Assembly: GCA_965200315.1 (NCBI GenBank)
Contig: OZ241362.1
Location: 768,001-832,000, forward strand
DNA: 64,000 nucleotides
Reading direction: 5' to 3'
From: Candidatus Latescibacterota bacterium
GTDB lineage: Bacteria > Latescibacterota > UBA2968 > UBA8231
The position numbers were made by a program, and so were the translations under genes. This document shows, in pieces, positions 39,374 through 48,693 of this stretch (position 1 is the first letter of the stretch; each line of letters starts with the position of its first letter). Below the pieces are notes generated by a model. The model searched no databases. It was not told where the DNA came from and worked only from the letters and a program-made list of their open reading frames with translations.

Positions 39374-40408
39374 TTAACAGATCAAATTTGCCGCTCGGGA
39401 GGCCGCGCAATTGACCAAGTTCACCAAGGACCTATAGGGCATGCGCGTCGGGCCGATTACGCCGATTACGCCGATTACGCCTTTGGCTCCGGTAACCTCG
39501 TAGCTAGCTGTCACCATACTGCATCGCCCCATCGCCCGCGGCCGGTGCTCGGAACCAATGGTGATGACCACGCCGCGCCGCTCGCTCATAAGCTGGGCGA
39601 GGAGATCCTTTTTCTCCACTAAATCGACCAAACCAGCCACGTGGCTCGGATCGTCAAATTCGGGCTTTAGGCAAAGATTGCGGGTCCCCGAGACGTGGAG
39701 ATCGGCACCACGCGTGGTAGCCAAGCCTTCGATCTGACCTACGACGGCCTCCACCACCGGCCGCGGAACTGACCCCAACTCGGCCATCCGCGCCTCGACC
39801 ACGTGTTGGATTTCAGCCATCGTCAACCCGTGCAAGCGCTCGTTAAAAAGCCGGCTCAGGGCCTCTAAATCGCGCTGCGACACCGCGCAATCTACCTCAA
39901 TCATCAAGCTCTTTGTCAGACCTTCACGGATCGTGACGTCGAGCAACAAGCGGCGCTGCCCCAAGTGCCAAAGATCCAGCTTGTGAAAGATGCTCTGATT
40001 GAAGCGCGGGGCCAAAACCAACCCGAGTTGGTTCGACAGGTCGCCGATGGTCCTCGCCATTTGATGCAGGATCTCCTCGTAATCGCCCTCCTGTTGTGCG
40101 GCCTCTAGCTGCTGCCGCAGGGTGATCTCAGCCTCGTCCAAGCCAGTATCTGCCGTTGCCATGCAGCGCTGCACGTAGAATCGGTAGCCTTTTTCAGAGG
40201 GAATGCGGCCCGCCGAGACATGGGGCTGGGAGACGTAGCCTTTTTCTTCTAGAGAGACTAAGGTGTTGCGTATGGTAGCCGAACTGACGCCCAAGTCCTC
40301 GCGCTGGTTCAACGTCTGTGAGCCAACCGGAACGCCAAGGGCAACGTGGGCTTTGACCAAGGCAAGTAGAACTTGGATTTCGCGTTTGGATAGTGGGCTA
40401 GTGGCCAT
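39374..40408 (-). CDS. hrcA: Heat-inducible transcription repressor HrcA
   Basis: PVGS, SSATIRN, PHVSAGRIPS..GYRFYV, IGPTRMPY. Confidence 0.93.
   Translation of the reverse strand: MATSPLSKREIQVLLALVKAHVALGVPVGSQTLNQREDLGVSSATIRNTLVSLEEKGYVSQPHVSAGRIPSEKGYRFYVQRCMATADTGLDEAEITLRQQLEAAQQEGDYEEILHQMARTIGDLSNQLGLVLAPRFNQSIFHKLDLWHLGQRRLLLDVTIREGLTKSLMIEVDCAVSQRDLEALSRLFNERLHGLTMAEIQHVVEARMAELGSVPRPVVEAVVGQIEGLATTRGADLHVSGTRNLCLKPEFDDPSHVAGLVDLVEKKDLLAQLMSERRGVVITIGSEHRPRAMGRCSMVTASYEVTGAKGVIGVIGVIGPTRMPYRSLVNLVNCAASRAANLIC
39452..39481. repeat. 9-bp tandem repeat (GCCGATTAC x3.3) inside hrcA
   Basis: Exact copies at 39452, 39461 and 39470; encodes GVIGVIGVIG. Confidence 0.9.
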
Positions 40409-40464
40409 GGCCGGAAAGCATCTCCAGCGGTATAAACGCCAGATAAATACTGAGTCTTTGAGAA

Positions 40465-40540
40465 ATAATAAAGGCCGCCGATTGCTTGTCAAGGCTCGCC
40501 TACCAGCTTGCTTGACAGCCAATTTACAGGATCGTACTAT
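40465..40540. promoter_or_regulatory. Back-to-back sigma70 promoters for hrcA (-) and glnA (+)
   Basis: Plus strand TTGACA(40512)-17-TACTAT(40535-40); minus strand TTGACA(40492-87)-16-TATTAT(40470-65). Confidence 0.7.
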
Positions 40541-40599
40541 TAAACCCTTTAATTTTTTTACCACCCTAAAGCATTGTTCGACCGAGAAAGGACGCTCTC

Positions 40600-42057
40600 A
40601 TGGCGAAAGCCAAGGCGAAAGCCAAACCAAAGTCATCCGGCTCCAGCGCGGTGGAGTCGGCGCTGGCCTTAGCCGGCGACCAGCGCGCACAGATGGTCGA
40701 TTTCAAGTTCGTCGATCTGCCCGGCACCTGGCAGCACTTCACCATGCCCATACGCCACTTAGACGCCGCCGTGTTCCAAGACGGCCTCGGCTTCGACGGC
40801 TCCTCCATTCGCGGCTGGCAGGCCATCGACGAATCGGACATGCTCGTCCTGCCCGATCCCACCACCGCCTTGATGGACCCGTTCACCGAGGTGCCGACCC
40901 TGTCGTTGGTCTGCTCCATTGAAGACCCCATCACCCGCCAGCCCTATGCGCGCGATCCCCGCGGCGTCGCCCAGCGCGCCCAAGCCTACCTGTTGCGCAC
41001 CCAACTGGCCGACACGGCCTTTTTCGGACCGGAAGCGGAGTTTTTCGTCTTCGACAACATCCGCTTCGACCAGCAAGCCCATTTGGGGTTCTACGAGATC
41101 GACTCGGTGGAAGGCCGCTGGAACAGCGGCTCGGACGAAGGCCCCAACTTAGGCTACAAGCCCGACTACAAGGGCGGCTACTTCCCCGTGCCGCCGGCCG
41201 ACTCCCAGCAAGACCTGCGCACCCAAATGGTGCAGACGATGCTCGCCTGCGGCATCGACGTGGAGCTTCACCACCACGAGGTGGGCACCGCCGGCCAAGG
41301 CGAGATCGACATTCGCTTTTGTCCGCTGCTTATTTGCGGCGACCGGATGATGCTGTACAAATACATCGTCAAGAACGTGGCGCGGCAGCACGGCAAGACG
41401 GCCACGTTCATGCCCAAGCCGCTGTTTGAAGACAACGGCACGGGTATGCACACCCACCAGAGCCTGTGGCAGGGCGACCAACCGCTGTTTGCTGGCAGCG
41501 GCTATGCGGGGCTGAGCCCGATGGCGTTGCACTACATCGGCGGGCTGTTGCAGCACGCGCCGGCGCTGTTGGCGTTCACCAATCCGACGACGAACTCCTA
41601 CAAGCGGCTGGTGCCGGGCTACGAAGCGCCGGTGAACTTGGCCTATTCGCAGCGCAACCGCAGTGCGTCGGTGCGCATTCCGATGTATTCGCCTTCGCCC
41701 AAGAGCAAGCGGGTGGAGTTCCGCTGTCCCGACCCGTCGTGCAACATCTACTTGGCGTTGTCGGCGATGCTGATGGCAGGGTTGGACGGGATTGAGCGTC
41801 AGTTGGATCCGGGCGAGCCGTTGGACAAGAATCTGTATGATTTGTCGGCCGAGGAGCGAGCGGACGTGCCGCAGACGGCGGCCTCGTTGGAGGCGTCGTT
41901 GGAAAACTTGGAGCAGGATCGGGACTTTCTGTTGCAGGGCGATGTGTTCTCCGACGACCTCCTCGATGCCTGGATCGACTACAAGCGCACCGAGGAGGTC
42001 GACCCCATCCGATTGCGGCCACATCCCTACGAATTCGCACTATACTACGACGTGTAA
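40600..42057 (+). CDS. glnA: Glutamine synthetase type I
   Basis: [29 protein letters not shown], adenylylation motif NLYDL. Confidence 0.98.
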   Translation: MAKAKAKAKPKSSGSSAVESALALAGDQRAQMVDFKFVDLPGTWQHFTMPIRHLDAAVFQDGLGFDGSSIRGWQAIDESDMLVLPDPTTALMDPFTEVPTLSLVCSIEDPITRQPYARDPRGVAQRAQAYLLRTQLADTAFFGPEAEFFVFDNIRFDQQAHLGFYEIDSVEGRWNSGSDEGPNLGYKPDYKGGYFPVPPADSQQDLRTQMVQTMLACGIDVELHHHEVGTAGQGEIDIRFCPLLICGDRMMLYKYIVKNVARQHGKTATFMPKPLFEDNGTGMHTHQSLWQGDQPLFAGSGYAGLSPMALHYIGGLLQHAPALLAFTNPTTNSYKRLVPGYEAPVNLAYSQRNRSASVRIPMYSPSPKSKRVEFRCPDPSCNIYLALSAMLMAGLDGIERQLDPGEPLDKNLYDLSAEERADVPQTAASLEASLENLEQDRDFLLQGDVFSDDLLDAWIDYKRTEEVDPIRLRPHPYEFALYYDV

Positions 42058-42147
42058 ACAACTGCTAACTGCGGGTACTCGGGGCAAGGGAAGATTTCCA
42101 CTGGAGGAGTCTTCCCTTGCTCTATATACATCCTACGGCCCCATCCC

Positions 42148-43053
42148 GTGAAACTCGTCATCGGCAGCCGCGGCAGCCAACTCGCCCTCATTCAAGCCCA
42201 CGAGGTCCGCAACCGCTTGCTAGCACGGCACGACGGGCTAGACGTTGAGATCTCAACCATCCGCACCGCCGGCGACGCGACGACAGGTTCGCTGCGGAGT
42301 TTGGTAGGCACGGGCGTTTTTACCAAAGCCCTCGAGTCCGCCCTGTTGGATGGGCACATCGACTTAGCGGTTCACAGCCTGAAAGACCTGCCGACCCAGA
42401 TGCATCCCGCGCTCGCCCTCGTCGCCACGCCCGAGCGCGAAGATGTGCGCGATGCCCTCGTCGGGCCCGGCCTATCCTCACTCGCCGACTTGCCGGATGG
42501 CGCGCGAATAGGCACGAGCAGCCTGCGCCGCCGCGCCCAACTCAAGGCCCTGCGCCCCGACCTAAACATCCTAGATATTCGCGGCAACCTAGACACCCGC
42601 ATCGACAAAGCCATGCGCGGCGAGTGCGATGCCGTCATCTTGGCCGTTGCCGGACTCAACCGTCTCGGCTGGCAGGAGCGCATCGGCTGCTACCTGCCCC
42701 TGAATCAGGTCCTACCCGCGCCCGGGCAAGGCGCTTTAGGACTACAAATGCGCGCCGCCCACCCTGCGCGTACCGCCGTCGCAGCCCTCAACCACGCTCC
42801 AACCCTAGCCTCAGTGCAAGCCGAGCGCCATTTACTGCACACCCTGCGCGCTGGGTGTCACGCGCCCGTCGGCGCTTGGGGCCGCATGGAGGGCGACCTT
42901 CTCGCGCTCGATGGCTTGGTCGGCCATCCCGAAGGCACCCGGTTACTGCGCGCCGAACGCCGCACCGCTCCTACCTGCACCGCATCCCTTGCCGAATCCC
43001 TTGCCGAATCCCTGCACGCCCAAGGTGCCGACGCCCTCTTGCAGGTGCTCTAA
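42148..43053 (+). CDS. hemC: Hydroxymethylbilane synthase
   Basis: GSRGSQLAL, AVHSLKD, GTSSLRR, RGNLDTR, AGCHAPVG; 12-bp repeat ATCCCTTGCCGA x2.5 at 42984-43013. Confidence 0.96.
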   Translation: MKLVIGSRGSQLALIQAHEVRNRLLARHDGLDVEISTIRTAGDATTGSLRSLVGTGVFTKALESALLDGHIDLAVHSLKDLPTQMHPALALVATPEREDVRDALVGPGLSSLADLPDGARIGTSSLRRRAQLKALRPDLNILDIRGNLDTRIDKAMRGECDAVILAVAGLNRLGWQERIGCYLPLNQVLPAPGQGALGLQMRAAHPARTAVAALNHAPTLASVQAERHLLHTLRAGCHAPVGAWGRMEGDLLALDGLVGHPEGTRLLRAERRTAPTCTASLAESLAESLHAQGADALLQVL

Positions 43054-44582
43054 TGTCGGCCGAATACACCACCCCGGGCATCGTGTACATCGTCGGGGCC
43101 GGCCCCGGTGACCCCGGCCTGCTGACCCTCAAGGGCCTGCGCTATCTGCGCGAGGCTGACGTCGTCCTGTACGACAACCTCCTCGATAGCCGCTTGCTCG
43201 ACCTAGTGCCCAGCACGTGCGAGCAAATTGCGGTGGGCAAACGAGGCGGTCGCAAAAATCCCTCTCAAGACGCGATCCATGCACTCCTCGTCGATCGCGC
43301 TCGCCAAGGCCATGTTGTCGTCCGTCTCAAAGGCGGCGATCCCTTCATCTTCGGTCGCGGCGGCGAAGAGGCCCTGCACCTGCGCCAAGCCGGCATCCCC
43401 TTTGAAATCGTCTCCGGGGTCTCTGCGGCCTCTGGCGTCTTGGCCTACGCCGGCATCCCCCTGACCCATCGCGGCACCGCCTCGTCCGCGCTGCTAGTCA
43501 CCGGTAACGAAGACCCGGCTAAGCCCGACGCGACCATCGAATGGGATCAACTAGCGGCCTTTGACGGCACGCTCGTCATCTTCATGGCCGTTCGCAAGCT
43601 CGCCAGTATATGCCAACATCTCGTCGCTCGGGGCCGGCCGGCTTCGACGCCAGCTGCGGCCATCGAATGGGGCACTTGGCCCGATCAGCGCACGGTCGTC
43701 ACCGATCTCCAACACCTGCCGGCCCGCGCCACGGCCCAGCAAATCCGCTCACCGGCCCTCATCGCAATCGGCCCAGTCGTAGCGCTGCGCCAAGAACTCA
43801 ACTGGTTTGAGAGCAAACCGCTCTTTGGTCGCCGCTTGCTCGTCACCCGCAGCCGCGAACAGGCCGGCCCCCTCCAGCAGCACCTCGAAGCCGAAGGAGC
43901 GGCCGTATCGACCCTGCCTCTCCTGCACATCGGCCCGCCCGACGACTGGACGGCTGTAGATGCGGCCCAAGACCGGCTCGGGAACGTTGCTTGGGTCGTC
44001 TTCACCAGCCCCAACAGCGTGGCCTTTTTCTGCGACCGGCTCTACCAGCGCGGCCTCGACGCCCGGGCCTTTGCCCACACGCGCCTAGCAGCCGTCGGCT
44101 TGGCTACGGCCGCGGCACTGCGCCAACAGGGCTTAGTCCCCGATCTCGTGCCCCCGAGCCAATCGCAGGCCTCGCTAGCCAGCGCCTTTGCCACATTCGA
44201 TGTGGCTGGCCAAGAAATCCTCTTGCCGGCCTCTTCCATTGGCCGCACTGAACTCGCCGATACGCTCGCCGCACGCGGTGCTCGAGTTCACCACCTAACG
44301 ACGTACGTAAATCGCCTGCCAGACCAAGTCGAACTTCCCGCCGTGCTAACCGAAAACAGACTCGACCTCATCGTCTTCGCCAGCCCCTCCAGCGTCCACA
44401 ATTTTCATCAGGTCCTAGGGCCAGAACGCGTCGAGGCCGTATTCGCCCGCACCCACATCGCCTGCATTGGTCCCACCACAGCTAAAGCCGTGCGCCAGCT
44501 CGGGTTTGCCGTTCACGTGCAGCCCAGCGAAAGTAGCATCCCCGCGCTCGTCCAAGCCATCATCGCCTTCTACGCTCCGTGA
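43053..44582 (+). CDS. cobA: Uroporphyrinogen-III C-methyltransferase / uroporphyrinogen-III synthase fusion (CobA-HemD)
   Basis: VGAGPGDPGLLT, RLKGGDPFIFGRGGEE; then LLVTR, FTSPNSV, FASPSSV, CIGPTT. Confidence 0.94.
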   Translation: MSAEYTTPGIVYIVGAGPGDPGLLTLKGLRYLREADVVLYDNLLDSRLLDLVPSTCEQIAVGKRGGRKNPSQDAIHALLVDRARQGHVVVRLKGGDPFIFGRGGEEALHLRQAGIPFEIVSGVSAASGVLAYAGIPLTHRGTASSALLVTGNEDPAKPDATIEWDQLAAFDGTLVIFMAVRKLASICQHLVARGRPASTPAAAIEWGTWPDQRTVVTDLQHLPARATAQQIRSPALIAIGPVVALRQELNWFESKPLFGRRLLVTRSREQAGPLQQHLEAEGAAVSTLPLLHIGPPDDWTAVDAAQDRLGNVAWVVFTSPNSVAFFCDRLYQRGLDARAFAHTRLAAVGLATAAALRQQGLVPDLVPPSQSQASLASAFATFDVAGQEILLPASSIGRTELADTLAARGARVHHLTTYVNRLPDQVELPAVLTENRLDLIVFASPSSVHNFHQVLGPERVEAVFARTHIACIGPTTAKAVRQLGFAVHVQPSESSIPALVQAIIAFYAP

Positions 44583-45592
44583 AAACCTACCCAGCCGGCA
44601 AGCTGCCTCCCACCGAATTAAGCCGTCTGCTCGACACCTATACCCACCGCCACGAACGCCTGCTCGTGCCGCCGACCGTGGGCGAGGACGCAGCGGTCAT
44701 CGACTGCGGCGACCGCTTGCTCGTGGCCAAGACCGATCCCATCACTTTCGCCAGCGACGAGATTGGCTGGTACGCCGTTCACGTCAATGCCAACGACATT
44801 GCAGCCATGGGAGCGACGCCCCGCTTCTTCCTCAGCACTATCCTCCTCCCCGAAGAACGCGCCACGCCCGAGTTGGCGGAATCCATTTTCCGCTCCATCC
44901 ACCAAGCGGCCGAGCGCTTGGACATCGCCGTCTGCGGCGGGCACACAGAGGTGACTTACGGACTCGACCGTCCCTTAGTCATCGGCCAGATGCTCGGCGA
45001 AACCACGCGCGACCGCTTGGTGCGCTCTTCGGGCTTGCAGCCCGGCCACGCCCTGCTCCTGACCAAGGGCTTGGGCATTGAAGCCACCGCTATCATCGCC
45101 CGCGAAAAACGCACCCAACTGCGCGACTGCGGCTGTATGTCCGCCTTTTTGGACGCCTGCGCCGACTTTCTCCACATCCCCGGCATCAGCGTCGTGCGCG
45201 ACGCCCAAATCGCCGTCCAAGCCGGAAACGTTACCGCCATGCACGATCCAACCGAAGGCGGGGTCGCCACGGGCCTGTGGGAATTGGCCACCGCATCTGC
45301 TGTGGGCGCAGAAATCAACTACCATGCGCTACTCCTCGATCCAGCTACAGCGCATCTTTGCGCGGCCTTTGCGCTCGATCCGCTCGGCGTAATTTCTTCG
45401 GGTGCGCTGCTGATCGGCTGTACGGACGATTCCGCCGACGCCATCCTCGCGTCCCTGCACGACGCCAACATAGCCGCAGCCCGCATCGGCACAGTGCGTC
45501 CTCCTTCCTTCGGGCTTCAGCTACGCCGCGACGGCCACCTGACGCCATTGCCCACTTTTCCGGTGGACGAAATCGCGCACCTCTTTGCCTAG
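44579..45592 (+). CDS. AIR-synthase-related (HypE/PurM/ThiL-like) protein
   Basis: GEDAAVI, TDPITF, NANDIAAMGA, GGHTE, MHDPTEGG. Confidence 0.88.
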   Translation: MKTYPAGKLPPTELSRLLDTYTHRHERLLVPPTVGEDAAVIDCGDRLLVAKTDPITFASDEIGWYAVHVNANDIAAMGATPRFFLSTILLPEERATPELAESIFRSIHQAAERLDIAVCGGHTEVTYGLDRPLVIGQMLGETTRDRLVRSSGLQPGHALLLTKGLGIEATAIIAREKRTQLRDCGCMSAFLDACADFLHIPGISVVRDAQIAVQAGNVTAMHDPTEGGVATGLWELATASAVGAEINYHALLLDPATAHLCAAFALDPLGVISSGALLIGCTDDSADAILASLHDANIAAARIGTVRPPSFGLQLRRDGHLTPLPTFPVDEIAHLFA

Positions 45593-45682
45593 GCCAGTTA
45601 ATCGCGACCGACGACGCGGCGGTGCCAAGGTTTGCGATGATGGGTCGGCAGGCGTTTTTGTTTGGATGAATAGACTCGCACA

Positions 45683-46166
45683 ATGATACAATTTACTCTT
45701 TTGCTTTTGACCTTATACTTGGGCACCTCACTCGTTTTTGCCCAAGAAACGCAAGCGCGAGCAGATTCTACGCAGAGTGAGCGACCGACATTTTCGCAGG
45801 TACTTACCTGAGTGGGCTGACTTCTTGTTCACCGAGACACAGACGCGCCCGGCGTTCTTTTTGGGCACGAGCTCAGATCGAATTGGTTCGCCATCGGGTG
45901 AGCAGTCTTACTTCGCGACTGTAAGTAAATACATACCTCGGTTGCGCTCTTCTTTTTACGGCAGTTTGAACTATTCGGAATGGGATGGAAAGTTCAATGT
46001 TACCTTTGGCGTGGGCTTTGAATTGGGCAAAGGCTTTTCATTGCGACCGATGTATGATGGCGACCAGAGGCATGTAATGCTAAATTATTTCACCGCGCAA
46101 TACGGTGTCAGTTTGCTGTACGTGTGGCTTGAAACCATGGATATTTCGCTTTCTCTTGGATTTTAG
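45683..46166 (+). pseudogene. Disrupted secreted / outer-membrane-like protein gene
   Basis: Signal-peptide ORF 45683-45811 ends in TGA. A different frame carries TRPAFFLGTSSDRIG...beta-rich...SLSLGF. Confidence 0.6.
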
Positions 46167-46222
46167 TGTGGAGGATCCATACGTTATTGCAATTTTTCAT
46201 TGCTAATTGTTTTCGCAAGTAA

Positions 46223-46381
46223 ATGGATATTTCTCATCCCATCTTTGGCGACGCGAAACAGACGCCCGCTTGGCATCAGTTTAAGGTGAAAGCGATTCCT
46301 GCGCTGTATCTTCTCGATCGAGAAAGTCAGATCGTAGCTCAGTAGGTGGGCAAGATAGATTGCGACGAAGTGGAGAAGTAA
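46223..46381 (+). pseudogene. C-terminal remnant of a TlpA/redoxin-like gene
   Basis: Reads ...WHQFKVKAIPALYLLDRESQIVAQ*VGKID (cis-Pro loop IP, internal TAG at 46343); the CxxC part is missing. Confidence 0.6.
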
Positions 46382-46523
46382 TTCTTGCGACGGTTAGAAA
46401 AAAAACTCGACATTGAAGGGCCATGAGCGAATTTATTGCGAAGAATACTCAGGCTCGTTTTGCTGCGGCTCGCTCCAAGTACGTCCCCCACTCCTTTATC
46501 TTTTTGACAACCCAATAAATCCC

Positions 46524-47522
46524 ATGACACAAATAATCTCCACGGTCGACTTTGACCGCGATGGCAAGCAAATCGGCTGGCTGCATCTGCCGCATTCGGT
46601 CACTCGCAGTGCCTACGGAGTACTGCCCATCCCCGTCGCCGTCATTCGCAATGGCCCCGGGGCTCAGGTCTTGCTTATAGCCGGCAACCACGGCGACGAG
46701 TACGAGGGCCAAGTGGCCCTGACGCGCTTGATCCAAAAGCTGCAGCCCGCGCAAATCTGCGGCGGCCTCATCATCATACCGGCGCTGAATCAGCCAGCCG
46801 TGCTAGCGGCCACGCGGGTCAGCCCGCTGGACGCCGGGAATCTGAACAGGGTTTTTCCGGGCGACCCCGAGGGCGGACCGACGTGGAAAATTGCGGACTA
46901 TGTCGAACGGCATCTGCTGCCGCGGGTTGAAGTGGTGGCCGACTTCCACGGCGGCGGGGCCTCCCTCGACTACCGACCACATGCCAGCACCCACTTCGGC
47001 CCCAACACGTCCTCCGAGCACAAGCATCTAAGCCTAGATTTGGTTTCCAAGCTGGGGGTGCCGCACGTCATGGTTTTTGAGCACAACACGGATAAGGGCG
47101 GGCTACCCAACGCTGCCATCCGGCAGGGCGTGATTTCTCTGGGCGGGGAATACGGCGGCACGGGTAGCGTATCGCGGTCCGGGGTAAAGCTGGTGCAACA
47201 GGTGGTTGACCGATTGCTGGCAGCCTTGGGGGTCAAGGGCGCACTGCCGGACGACCTCGAAACGCCTCAAGTCCTCCACATCTTCGGCCCCGACGCGTAC
47301 GCTTATGCAACGGAATCAGGCCTGTTCGACCCGGCCACCGATCTGGGCGACGAGGTGAGTGCCGGCGATCTGTGTGGTCAGGTTCTGTTTCCGGAAAATC
47401 CTTCGCGCCCTCCCGTGCCCGTCACTTTTCGAGGCGAAGGTACGGTGGTTTGCAAACGGCACCCGGGCAGAGTGGAAGCCGGCGACTGCGTCGCTCACCT
47501 AGCAGCCCCTGTAAGCGACTGA
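46524..47522 (+). CDS. Succinylglutamate desuccinylase/aspartoacylase family deacylase (DoeB-like)
   Basis: AGNHGDEYEG, NLNRVFPG, DFHGGG, GGEYGG. Confidence 0.9.
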   Translation: MTQIISTVDFDRDGKQIGWLHLPHSVTRSAYGVLPIPVAVIRNGPGAQVLLIAGNHGDEYEGQVALTRLIQKLQPAQICGGLIIIPALNQPAVLAATRVSPLDAGNLNRVFPGDPEGGPTWKIADYVERHLLPRVEVVADFHGGGASLDYRPHASTHFGPNTSSEHKHLSLDLVSKLGVPHVMVFEHNTDKGGLPNAAIRQGVISLGGEYGGTGSVSRSGVKLVQQVVDRLLAALGVKGALPDDLETPQVLHIFGPDAYAYATESGLFDPATDLGDEVSAGDLCGQVLFPENPSRPPVPVTFRGEGTVVCKRHPGRVEAGDCVAHLAAPVSD

Positions 47523-47540
47523 CCCCTTCCCGTCAACCTC

Positions 47541-48281
47541 TCACTCAATTTCATACACCACAGCGACATTCACGGTGACAGTGAGTTCACCTATGGCGAT
47601 GGGAGTGGCAGTACGCGCGACATCATCGAAGGCCACTTCTGTAGTCGCAAACGGGATTGGCGGACCTTCAAAATAGGTACTCTCAGTGATAGTAACAGGT
47701 TCCCCTAGCCTTACACCACTTGCTTTCGCTAGGGTTTGTGCTTTCGCTTTAGCATCCTGTACCGCCAAACTACGCGCCTCGGTTTGCAATGGTGCAGTAT
47801 CATCGATCATAAATTGAATAGAGTTAATAACAATGCTATTCCCTCCCGCGGCGGCGGCATTATCTATGACATCACTGAGGATTGCCAATTCTCGGACCTT
47901 CGCCCTCACAGTGTTATTTACTCTGTAACCGCGAAGTACGCGTCCGTCGTCCTTATAGTCGTACTGGGGATAGATACTGAAATTCTCGGTTTTAATGTCT
48001 TTTTCCGCAATGTCGTTTGCTTGCAGAGAAGCTATTAACGCCGTCATCGCACTCGCCGCTTCTTCACGAGCCTCGGCGACGGTCTCTCGCTCAACAGACA
48101 CACCTACATCGAGCATTGCAATATCCGGTTCACCAGTAACGGAACCGCTCCCGGTTACATAGATAGTTCTGTCTGTTGCTGAAGACGATAATACCTCCGA
48201 GGCAATATTCACATCACAGGCCATGAGGGTTAGAGTCAGCAATGTGCCGATCGTTAAAAAACAGTAATTATATCTTTTCAT
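47541..48281 (-). CDS. SIMPL (DUF541) domain lipoprotein
   Basis: Lipobox LMAC, IYVTGSGSV..EPD, FSIYPQY, AKAQTLAKASG; AT-richer than its flanks. Confidence 0.9.
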   Translation of the reverse strand: MKRYNYCFLTIGTLLTLTLMACDVNIASEVLSSSATDRTIYVTGSGSVTGEPDIAMLDVGVSVERETVAEAREEAASAMTALIASLQANDIAEKDIKTENFSIYPQYDYKDDGRVLRGYRVNNTVRAKVRELAILSDVIDNAAAAGGNSIVINSIQFMIDDTAPLQTEARSLAVQDAKAKAQTLAKASGVRLGEPVTITESTYFEGPPIPFATTEVAFDDVARTATPIAIGELTVTVNVAVVYEIE

Positions 48282-48398
48282 TTGACCTGACCTCCTAAAA
48301 GTCCCTTTATAATTCCGACACACCAGTGGGGCTTTTTATTGATACCTTTAATCTGTTTATCCCCTAGTGGTTTGTCAATCTATAGCGAGAAATATCCC

Positions 48399-48680
48399 AT
48401 GTCACTTCACGAACCCTTGGCAGAAGAAGACCTAGTGCCGATTCTCGAAAATTTTTACAAAAACGGCGTGACCATCATCCACAATGTCTCGTCCCGGGAA
48501 GAATGCGAGCAAATATGCCGACGCGTCGACCAGATCTTCACCGAACCTTATTTCACCGAAATGCGGAATGTGAAAATAAGACCAGCGCTCGATGGCAAAG
48601 CACCCATCGTTGTACATCGGCTATTTGAATGCGACCGGATGTTCCGCGATCTGCTCGTGCGCGAGCCTATCATATCCAGA
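48399..48680 (+). pseudogene. N-terminal fragment of a PhyH-family dioxygenase
   Basis: FYKNGVTIIHNV...RLFECDRMFRDLLVREPIIS, then an abrupt junction into the RBS of the next gene; no HxD motif. Confidence 0.65.
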
Positions 48681-48693
48681 GAGGAGATCATCA

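Noticed and set aside
42984-43013. 12-bp repeat in hemC and ESQ(D/E) repeats in the GrpE N-terminus
   Set aside because: Both are in frame and lie in variable or low-complexity regions, with no evident functional consequence.
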